A stretch of 64,000 bases of DNA from NCBI GenBank assembly GCA_013265495.1, contig MU057887.1:3383576-3447575 (forward strand), written 5' to 3'. Positions 49,471 to 59,779 of this stretch are shown here, one piece after another (position 1 is the first letter of the stretch; each line of letters begins with the position of its first letter). The stretch comes from Vicugna vicugna. Taxonomy: Eukaryota. The position numbers were made by a program, and so were the translations under genes. The notes under the pieces were generated by a model. It did not search any database. It saw nothing but the letters and a program-made list of their open reading frames with translations, and was not told the DNA's origin.

Positions 49471-51522
49471 ACAATAAGCAAACCTAATGGCCTCCCCCCA
49501 AAGTGCTCTTCTTACTAAATAAAACAAACCTTCTCTTTTGCTCCTCCTTGGCTGGTCCAGCACGCAGGCGTTTGTTCAAAACCGCAGCGGCAGCAGCGTG
49601 CGTGGGGCCTGCAGCCTCGGAGTGAGGGCTTCAGTGACCGGGTCACAGGGACAGGGGAGGGGCTGGGACGTGACAAGGCGTCTGCACTCCCGCCAGGCGG
49701 CACAGCGCTGCGCCAAGCGTGCTCGCACCCCTGGGAGACGGGTGTTGCCAACGCGGGCAGCCACTAAAGAAGTTTGAGAAAATATAAAAATGCGGTTGAT
49801 GTGCTGAGAGAGGAGAGAGAATGACATCGTGTGAAAGGCTCAGTCGAAAGCAGAGAAGGCGGAGAAAGAGCGGGAGACCCCATGAGAAACCGGGAACAGG
49901 ACAGGGGGTCACAGCCAGTCACAGGTGTGGGTGACGCGAGCCCTCCTGCGTCAGCGGTCGCTGCTCCCGGGCGACGCCTGAGCCCCACTTCCTCCCAGAG
50001 CCCCCAGCCCCCGGGGAGGCGGCGGGTGAGCGGGCCCCCTCCCCACGCCCGGCAGAGCCCTTGGGAAGCCCCGAACTGGGCGGGACCGGCAGCTCCGTGG
50101 CCTCCCGGCCTCGCTGCCCAGAGCCCTGAGGCCACTGCCCTCCCCCCACAAGGGAACGATCTGGGGTGCGTCCCGCGGGGAGAGAGCACATAGTCCCTTC
50201 CTCCGTTCCCTGAAGATCTGAACTCAGTCTTGGTCTGAACGTTCAGAAGCAGCGCACGCCCCACAACAAAGGCCTTCGAGGCCCCCTCGCTGCCTCCAAC
50301 CTCGCTTCCGGGAAAGAGGGCACCCAGGGCGTGGCTCTGGGGAAGCCTAGAGTGTCCCTTTGCCCCTGGTGCCCAGTGTCCTTGTAGCGAGGCATCTCTA
50401 GAACTTAAACTAAGTGTGTCATTTGTCGGGGTCAAGGCCACATCCCGTCCTGGAAACAAACCAGGGTGCACACATCCCAGAGCACGGCCTGAAAACTGAA
50501 GCTCTGTGCCAGCAAGAGGCTCATGCCCAGTGTCCCCAGTGTCCCCAGGGTCCAGGACGAAAGTGGGGACGGGGAGGGAGAAAGGAGGGCCGGCTCCCTC
50601 CCCCCACCGGGAGCAGGCAGGGGCCGAGGGCAGGGAGGGCCCAGCCAGAGCAGGCGGCCTCCGGCCGGTGCACCCCGTGGACCTGCCAGACTCACCTGCA
50701 CCCGGGGCAGGGCTGCAGGGCTTCCGGCACTCCCGTCCGCTCCCCCCCGAGCAGCCCCCGGTCCTAGACCCGGCCGGCAGCTCCCTGGGACCAGGCGGGC
50801 AGAGCCTGGGCCGAGGCCCCCTCTCTCTGGGCAGAGCCCCGGGAAGGCCCTCTCTGAGATGCAGTCGAAGGACCGTAGGAGGAGACACGGCAAATCTGGG
50901 CATTGCCCGGGGAACCAATCAGACACAGTCACGTTGGAGAGGCAGAGACGCCCTGGTTCCTGTATCTGCTCCGTTTTAACTTAGGCTCCCAAATCCCTGA
51001 GTCAACAGCGGGTCCTGCAAGTGGTTGCATCAGAGGGAGGTGGACGTGGGGCCACAGCGCCACCTGCAGGGCGCGGCTGCCGGCCGGCGGGCGGGGCGGG
51101 GCTCCCCCACGGGAACCGGGGCCCCCCAGAGCCAGAGCCGTCGCTGCAACAGAAGGGCCAGGGGGCCGCCGGGAACAAGAAGTTCTTGCACCAAAGGCAC
51201 GGAATCAGTTGGAATAAGTTTTAGGGGAAACTATCTGAATAAGCACTTGCGTTCAGCAGGACTTGGCTTCAGCTGCCTTTGAGGGGCTGGCGCTCAGCTG
51301 AGAGCTGCCTCCAGGGTCACGGGCTCCCCCTGCCGTCCCGGGGGGCTTGCGGCACAGAGGTGGGCCTTCGGGGCCCCCGTCCCCAAGGAGGAAACCACCC
51401 TGGCTCTGCTTTTTCAGCTGTGCCGTCCCCGTCCTGCTAAGCCACCCGCCACTGGCCCAGACCATCACTCGTGGAAGCCCAGGCCCTCCAAGGTGACCCT
51501 GCCACAGCCGGAGATGCTGCCA

Positions 51523-52517
51523 GTGGGGTCCTGGTGGGGTCTCTCTGTCCCTGGTGGGGTCCCTCTATGGCCCTGGGGGGGTCCCGGGGGGTCTCCCTCT
51601 GTCCCTGGTGGGGTCCCAGGGGGTCTCTCTCTGGCCCTGGTGGGGTCTCTCTCTGGCCCTGGTGGGGTCCCAGGGGGGTCTCCCTCTGTCCCTGGTGGGG
51701 TCCCGGGGGGGGGTGGGTCTGGGCCTGGAGGGGGCTCGCCGTGGCCCCGGTGGGGTCCCAGGGGNNNNNNNNNNNNNNNNNNNNNNNNNNNNNNNNNNNN
51801 NNNNNNNNNNNNNNNNNNNNNNNNNNNNNNNNNNNNNNNNNNNNNNNNNNNNNNNNNNNNNNNNNNNNNNNNNNNNNNNNNNNNNNNNNNNNNNNNNNNN
51901 NNNNNNNNNNNNNNNNNNNNNNNNNNNNNNNNNNNNNNNNNNNNNNNNNNNNNNNNNNNNNNNNNNNNNNNNNNNNNNNNNNNNNNNNNNNNNNNNNNNN
52001 NNNNNNNNNNNNNNNNNNNNNNNNNNNNNNNNNNNNNNNNNNNNNNNNNNNNNNNNNNNNNNNNNNNNNNNNNNNNNNNNNNNNNNNNNNNNNNNNNNNN
52101 NNNNNNNNNNNNNNNNNNNNNNNNNNNNNNNNNNNNNNNNNNNNNNNNNNNNNNNNNNNNNNNNNNNNNNNNNNNNNNNNNNNNNNNNNNNNNNNNNNNN
52201 NNNNNNNNNNNNNNNNNNNNNNNNNNNNNNNNNNCTGGCCCTGGTGGGGTCTCCCTCTGGCCCTGGTGGGGTCCCAGGGGGGGTCTCCCTCTGTCCCTGG
52301 AGGGTTCCCGGGGGGGTCTCCCTCTGTCCCTGGTGGGGTCTCTCTCTGGCCCTGGTGGGGTCCCAGGGGGTCTCTCTCTGGCCCTGGTGGGGTCCCGGTG
52401 GGGTCTCCCTCTGTCCCTGGTGGGATCCCGGGGGGTCTCTCTCTGGCCCTGGGGGGGTCCCGGGGGGGTCTCTCTCTGTCCCTGGGGGGATCCCGGGGGG
52501 GTCTCCCTCTGTCCCTG
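51523..52517. repeat. G-rich minisatellite/VNTR (interspersed ~22-nt and ~33-35-nt units) spanning an assembly gap
   Basis: Units ctctg(g/t)ccctggtggggtctc, some with an added ccc(a/g)gggggg, on both sides of the N-run. Confidence 0.95.
51765..52234. other. Assembly gap (470 N)
   Basis: Run of n characters. Confidence 1.
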
Positions 52518-52519
52518 GC

Positions 52520-52640
52520 TCTTTCATCCTTCCCCTGCTCACTCCTTTCACCAAATATCCTCTGAGCCTCAAGTATGTGCAGACAGCCGCGTGACGGCCT
52601 TTGGGGAGACAGGGAGAGGGAGTGGCTCACGGGGGTGGCA
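52520..52640 (-). mobile_element. L2 3' end relic
   Basis: ctcactcctttcaccaaatatcctctgagcctcaagtatgtgcagac resembles cattcattcaacaaatatttattgagcacctactatgtgccagg. Confidence 0.5.
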
Positions 52641-53061
52641 CTGGGTCCCGCAGAGCCTGTGCTGTAGCCTGAGCACAGGGGAGGCGGAGCCCGCGGGGAA
52701 GGGGCCACACCTCGGAGCAGCCCAGACGCTCGCTCTGGGAGGAAGCGTGCTGCGCTGAGCTGTCCAAGTCGTTGCGGTGTTCCTCCCGCGGTGTTAAAAC
52801 TTTAATGTAAGGATGCCGGGCCCGGGTCCCACAAGGAACTGGCGGGACCCCCGGACCCCACGAGTGGCCAGAGGTCCCTCAGAGCCTCCAGGCGCCTCCA
52901 GTCAGCTCTGGGGCCGTGAGGACAGCCTGGCCCTGAGGGAAGCCCGGGGCCCCAGGAGTCGGAGCGGCGTGGGGGCGCACACACGGCTGCCCGGCCCTGT
53001 GCCCCGGCCTCCTTCCTGGGGGGGTGCTGCTCTCCCCTGATGACTGTTTCCCTCCAAAGCT

Positions 53062-53270
53062 GCCTTACTTGACTCCAAATACCAAAGTTAACTCAAACGG
53101 ACCAAAGACCTACCTGCCAGAGCTAAAACTATGGAACTCTTAGAAGAAAACATAGAGGGAAGGTTCATGACTGGACTTGCCGTGATTTCTTGGATCTGAC
53201 ACCAAAAGCACAGGCAACAAAAGAAAAAAACAGGAAAGTTGGACTTCATCAAAATCTATAACTTGCGTGC
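53062..53270 (+). mobile_element. L1MB-like ORF2 fragment
   Basis: ttaactcaaacggaccaaagacct...agagctaaaactatggaactcttagaagaaaacatag...gacaccaaaagcacaggcaacaaaagaaaaa...ttggacttcatcaaaat. Confidence 0.92.
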
Positions 53271-54349
53271 ACCCCCGCCCACTCCGACGGACTCTGATTC
53301 TGGGGAGTTTGGTGTCCACATCGCTCCCCATCGGCCTCCCCAGGACCAAGGTGGGCTCCCTCCTGTGAGCCACCTGCATGTGCGTGGGGAGAGCTGGAGC
53401 GGGGGTCAGGCTGCCCCAGGCCCCCACGACCCCGAGAGCCAGCGAGAAGGCGGCTGAGCCTGGCGGGCACCCTGCACATCACGCAGGACACTCCGTCCAC
53501 TTGCAGGATGCAGGGGGGCCTGGGAGAAGCAGCCGTCCGCGCAGAAGCCCGCTCTCTCCAGAGCAGAGGCTGCAGGGGCCCAGAGCCTGCGTCCACCGTC
53601 CCGGAGGACACGCGCACACCCACGTCCTCGCTTGGGGCCCCCTCCTTCAAGGGCCCTGTCTGCGATGAGCCACACCGGGGGAGCTTCAGCGAGCCCCCCG
53701 GACACCCAGAGCCTCCATGTCCAGGCGGGAAGCACCCCCACGTTTCAGGCCCCACGACTCCGGCCGGAGCTTAGTCCCTGCAGGATCCCAGCCTTCCCTT
53801 CCCGGCACCGCCACCCGGCGAGGCAGCAGGGGTCCCCCAGCCCGGGGCCTCACCCGCGGAGGGGTCTGCACGACGGGCGGGCACTCCGGGCCCAGGCACC
53901 ACGAAAGGGGGTAAACACACGAGGGTGAAGGCAGGTGACCGTGGCCTTGGGGTCAGGTTCTCTGCATTTCCCAGATGGCTCCACTTTCGACCCTCTGAGA
54001 ATTTGCCTGAATCTCTAGCAGTTTGAAACTTCCTTCATCTCCCTGTTTACTGAGAAACTCAGTTCTCAAGTGCTCAAAGCTCGCAGGCCGAGCTCAGACT
54101 TCCTCTTCGTGATTCACCACAGGGCCTGCGGGAGCGGGGGTCCCTCTGCAGGTTCTCCTCACCGTCTGAGGACAGCGCCCCCCAGGACCCCCGCCCCCAG
54201 TGAGCAGGCGGAGCTGTCCGGGCTCCAGGCCGGCCCGCCTCCCGCCCTCTCACCTCGCCCTGGCCCCAGGCCTGGGCGCGAGCCCCTCCGGCATCTGACT
54301 GCACATCCGCGGCTGCGGTTTCCCGCCCGTGTCTCCCCTGTTCCAAGCA

Positions 54350-54482
54350 GTCTGCGCTAAATGCTAAGCATCGCGTCCTCTCCCAGCTCAGAGCAGACTG
54401 TTCCCATCACCTCCGTTTTACAATTAACACAAATGAAGCACAGAGAGGGCCAGTGACTTGCCCAAGGCCACGCAGCTCTTCA
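54350..54482 (-). mobile_element. MIR SINE relic
   Basis: atcacctccgttttaca...tgaagcacagagagggccagtgacttgcccaaggccacgcagct. Confidence 0.75.
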
Positions 54483-57454
54483 GCCACAGGCTGGCTGCAA
54501 AATCAGCCTCTCCACCGTCCTGAACTGCCCCTGGGGGTGCGCCCCCTGGGCCGGCTTGAGAAGAAGTGAAGGCGGGCAGGTCACAGTACATGCCGAGAGC
54601 CCTTCCAAGGATCCGGGCACCGGCTTACGAGGGCACGGGGTTCAGAAGGGATGGGGACCGGGCACCGGCTCTGAGCAGGGGAGACCCAGCACAACCCCAC
54701 GTGCGCTTGGAGACGCAGGAGGGAGAGAGGCCTGAGAGACGGCGAGGAGTTGGTGGCAGGGCCTTCTGGGAAGAACAGGGGACTTGGGGGCGGCCAGGGA
54801 GTGGGACATGCGGGAAGGGGCGGCCGGAGATGGAGGGTCTGCCTGGAGCCATGCTGACGCCGGTGCTGGTGGGAAACTGGGCTTTGGGGTTTAAATAAAT
54901 TGAAAACAAAACTTTAAGCTCCAGCCCCCTGGGTAAACTTTTCCTCGGAATTAATTTCCAAGATAAATTGTTTTGGAATTGTTTGGTCCATGTCGTCTAA
55001 GCCCCCAATGTTTCTCTGATTAGACGTTTTCATCTAAGCAGCCTGGCATGTGAACGGCACCCCAGTCTCCGCGGTGCTGCCGTGTGCCAGGGCCGGCGGT
55101 CTATGGGGAGAGGACGAATCCCTTGCCGAGGGTTTAGCTCAAATTGAGCTACAGCCCCAGCAAAATTAGATGGGGTGGCTGGCTGGCTGGGGAACGTCCA
55201 CGCACCTCAGGGTTTCGGAAGCTGCAGGGCTGCAGCAGGAGGGGACAGGGACAAGGGTCCTGGCCAAGGACACCCTGGGAGCACACGCACCTGCCCCGAG
55301 TGCAGCCTCGGCCCCTGGCTTGCTCACACGCTGGTTTCCTGCAGCCACGGAGCCACGCAGCCACGCACTCAGCAGAGGGGCTGCAAGGAGACCAGCTTCT
55401 TTACAGGCACAATTCTTCGGTGAGAGAAAAACCAACCAGCCAAAGATGCACAAAAGCTGGGTGTCCAACGTCCTGCCGGCTGCTGGACCAGGGCTCCAGG
55501 GTGGCGGCGCTCTGCCCCAAGCCACGGGGGATGGGGCAGCCACCCAGGGGAGGGGTCCCGATGGAGCCTCCCCTGCACCCGGGATACGAGCTGCCCACCT
55601 GGCAGGACCCTGGGAAGGACAGGAAGAAATGGCCAGTGGCCATTTCTCCCCAAAGGGCCTGGTCAGCGCACAGAGCCTGCAAAGGTGACCGGCAGGCCAG
55701 ACGGTGCCGCCCTGAGCCTCGCGCCACGGGTCTGGGTGGTCCCGGGAGTAACATGAATGCCCCAGCAAGGCGGTTAGAGAACACGGCTCACCATCTGCTC
55801 CTGGGTGGCGGATGCACGTGTACATTTCAAGGCTCCGGTAAGCTCCTCGGGTAACAATGAAAAAGAAAGGAGGGGAGGGGAGGGGAGGAGCGAGTGAAGA
55901 CCACTGCCAGGAAGCAGAGGCCAGTAATCCCCGAACTTCAAGCTTTGGCGACATCCAGCCATCGGAACACCCTAGACTTCACTACCAAAAAATGAGACTT
56001 CTATTTAAAAAAAAAAAAAACCTAAGTAATTGAAAGGCAAAGTGTAACTGGAGGAAGCACGCCTCCTGCTCTGAGGAGCCAGTCAGTGTCCTGCCTTGTC
56101 TGCAAGGACCCTGGGCCGTTACCACCAGGACCCAGGTCAGGGGTCAGGCCCCGCCGGATGGGAGGGTAGCCTCCCCAGCCGGCCTCCTCTTTGCCCGCCA
56201 GCTGGCAGCCACGGAGAAGGAAGCTGGGCCCCATGGACCAGCGCGGGGCACCCGGCTCTCGGCGTCCTAGTTCTCAAACCCAGGGGCGTTAACTTGCAGG
56301 GAGTAGAATCTAGCATCTCCCAGTTTTAGGGTTTCGTCGGTGCTTCCCAGGACCCAGCTCCCCACCTCAGGGTCCACAGCCCACCGACCTTGCACGACCT
56401 TGGGCTGATCGCTCTCGACACCCACCAGTTTTGCCACCTGTGATGTGGGGTCCAGGGGTCCTGAGGGCTGGGGGGGGCAGCACGATGACTTTGGGGCCCT
56501 GAGCAGAGCCTCGGTTTCAGCCCGTCATCACGATGGAGCCCCACTCCCCTGCGCCCTGGAGCCTCGGGCGGGAGAAGGACACACAGACACACGGGGCGGG
56601 AGGCCACCCTCAACCCCCTTGCCTGCCCTGACGGTCTCCTGGCTGCCCCTGGCAGGGTAGAGAGGCCACGTGCACATGACCCCAAGACAAAAATGCCTGC
56701 TTGGAGTGGGGGCCGGGGCTCAGCTGCTTCACTGGGAGAAGGGGCCCCCAGATTCAGGCCCCAGACCCTTCTCCAGCCCCCAACACCAACCCAGGCTACC
56801 CTGAGCAAGGGGGCTCTGGCTTCAGCAAGTGGGAAGCTCAGTGACACCCCCAAGGGCAAGGCCCTGGCCTTCCATTGGGAGCTGGCCCCCAGGCCTGGGC
56901 TCTGAGCCCTCTGCCGGATGCAGAGAGATGGGGGCAGGGAGACACCTGCCCCAGATGCAAGATCTGAAGACGAAGGAGAGACAGGACCCAGCGGGGTGGC
57001 TGCTGACCTGGGAGGGATGCGTGCAGGTCCTGTACTCGGGTCCTGCACCCAGCAGACCGAAGGCCCCCCACCCCGGGCCAGCCCCTAGGATCACACAGCA
57101 CAGATGCGGGTGCCTGCAGAGACCTCCCCTGTGCTGCTGAAAACACAGGCCACGGCGCCGCCAGAGACTCGCTGCTGACTCGGTGTGTAGACCCTTGAGC
57201 GTCATTCTCAGGTCTTCCGGACGTGACTTGTCCACTGAGTTATTTTGCTTGATTTTCCGCATCATCACCAGAACTCCTTGGAATTTTCAAAGTCCCACTT
57301 ACACGTGTCACAGTGGATTTGTGGGGGGGAGGACCCGTTTGGGACAGCGGTCTTCATGAAGAGGATACAGGCTTGGTCGCCCAAGCCGCCCCCACGCACT
57401 TCCGCCAGCCTATCTTAGAATCACAGAGCCGGCTCCAGCCGACCGAGTCATTGG

Positions 57455-57570
57455 CTCAGCTGCGCGGTAATTGGAAGTTCGGAAAAATAAAAGTTAATTA
57501 AATTAAGAATATGTTATTCTGAAATAATGCTCCCATTTCAAAAGGTGCAGCAATTTCGTGGAGCGAATGA
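57455..57570. promoter_or_regulatory. AT-rich island with a paired-class homeodomain P3 dimer site
   Basis: TAATTAAATTA (TAAT-N3-ATTA) at 57495-57505, with GGTAATTGG just upstream. Confidence 0.4.
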
Positions 57571-59779
57571 ACGTGTCCGGCTGCTCCCCGTCCTCCCCGC
57601 GGGCTCTCCGGGTGGACAGCCCCCAGAGTCCGTCCTCCGAGTGCGGACCCTCACACTAGGCGTCCCACCCCCTGCCCTGAAACACCCAGGATGGTTTGGG
57701 CTAAGACACGCGACTTTAGTTCTATTCTCCAATCGCAGGTCCAACGGGCCCACACCATGTGGTAAGCAGCCCACTCTGTCCCCCGCTAGACGTGCCCTGC
57801 TGCTGCACTGAGTCCCCGCCTAGTCACCGCAGACGTCGTCCATCCAGCCTCACTGACCAAGACAGCTGCGCGTGCTGTGACTGTGACGAGGGACGAGGGA
57901 CCCGAGGGGAGGATGTAAGGGACCCAGGGAGGACGCTGTCCAGGGTGCTGCCACCCCACGCGTGTCCAGGGCCCTCGCAGAGACCTCGGACGGGAGGCTC
58001 CACCCAGCAACACTGGAAAAATGCCCAGTTCCCTGCCCCAGAGAATCGAATCTGGGAGCAGGCTTCTGAGCTGTGTCCGAATCCCTTCTGGAGGGAGTAG
58101 GGACCCAGGCCTCCACCTGGGAGGCCCCTCGGCCACCCAGGGCCTAGTCCTCCATCGGTCAGCACCTCAGACCGGAGATGGCGTCACCAGGCTCCCCTCC
58201 AGGACCCGGAACAACCGGACAGGTGACCTGAAAACGGAGCCCCTCCCGGCCTCAGGCCAGGCCCCGGTCACCATCCCCTCACTGCCAGGCCCCTCCAGGC
58301 ACCAGTCCCCGCCCCCTTCCTCAAAGACAGGACAGCCCCATCCTGCTAACAGGCTAACCGGGTTCGGTGTTTTCTTTGGGAACGATGGATTCCCTCACCA
58401 AACTCTCCCCGATGCTCTCAGGGGCCGGCTGGAATGACGGCCTTAATCTGCACCAACCCCCAGACACCTCGCTGTGACCCAGGGGTCTACACCACATCCA
58501 AGGGATGGGTTAAGAAGGGAGTGATTCAGCCCGCTGCTGGGGGAGTGGGGCCCCGCGAAGCCAGCGTCCAGCCCGGGAGTGTCTGGGGCGGAGCCCGAGG
58601 CTGGTCCTGCTGCCAGCCACGTCTCAGCTCGGCTCGAGAGCCTTCCTGCTCAGAGACCATCTCGTCAGGCGTGTCCCGGCGGCTGAAAGACTTAGTCTCT
58701 GCAAAAACGTGGACTGTGATCACGGGGGAGATGTCTGACGCGGCCTGGGGACCCCTCTGTCCAGGTCTCCGCAGAAGTGAGGAGGGGGCCTGGCAGGTGC
58801 AACCACAGGGCATCTCCTCCTGAGGCCTGGGGCACCCTGGTGGGTGGCAGGCCGTGGGCAGGCGGGTGGGCAGGCGCCGGCTCCAGACTGAGATGGACCT
58901 CGGAATAGGCACCAGGACAGCAAGAGGGGTTTCAGGTAAACCGAGGAGACTCTGACAGGGAGGGGTCCGGCCGGGGTTAGACTTGGCAGAACCAAGGACC
59001 CATCCCTGTGGGGCCTCGGCCGGCGCTGGTCATGCGTCCTGAATGGTGGGGGCAGGGCCCTGGGCCAGGTCACCAACGCCTGCTGGACCAGACCCGAGGA
59101 TGACACCAGCAGAGCCACAGCAGGATCACGGCCACTCTTGGAAAAGCCGGGGCTCCATCAATCCGGGTGGCCCCGAGGCAGGGCCGTGACCTCGAGAAGG
59201 CCTGCCCACCCCCACCCCCACCCCAGCTGTTAGTTCATCAGAGGAACAGGGAACACAGGTGCAGGCTGCGCACAGCACGGAGTGAGTCCCGCTGGGCGAG
59301 GGGCCACGGCTGCCTCCCACCCGCAGGGGGACAGGGACGGGACGGGGGCGGGGCTGGGACCACCAGACAAATGCACAGTGGTGAACTTCACCCAACAGGT
59401 GTTTTCCAGTTAAAGGAAACAGAATCTCAACAGCAAAAATGTGAGCAAAAAGGAAATATTTCATGTTTCTACCCTCGAGGCTGGACCAGAGAGTCAGTCC
59501 TGGGAGGTGCGAGGCCACTGGGTTTACAGTCTGCTCATCGGGACAGAGACCTGGACACCACGGTGGCCCTCCCGCCCTCCTGGAACCGCCTGTCCACCTC
59601 GGGCAGGAAAACCAGACGCTTCCAAATACAGGCACAGAGCGGGACAAACAAGTGTCCACGCCAGAACCCATCGGAATGAACCACGGGAACAGCTGCGAAG
59701 TGCCCAGGACACAACGAAACTCCACACACAGAACGTGGCTTGAAAGCAAGTGAAACTGTAACCCAACACGTAATCGTTG

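Noticed and set aside
51437..52758. Collagen-like or repetitive 335-423 aa ORFs
   Set aside because: They arise from a VNTR and read through 470 N bases.
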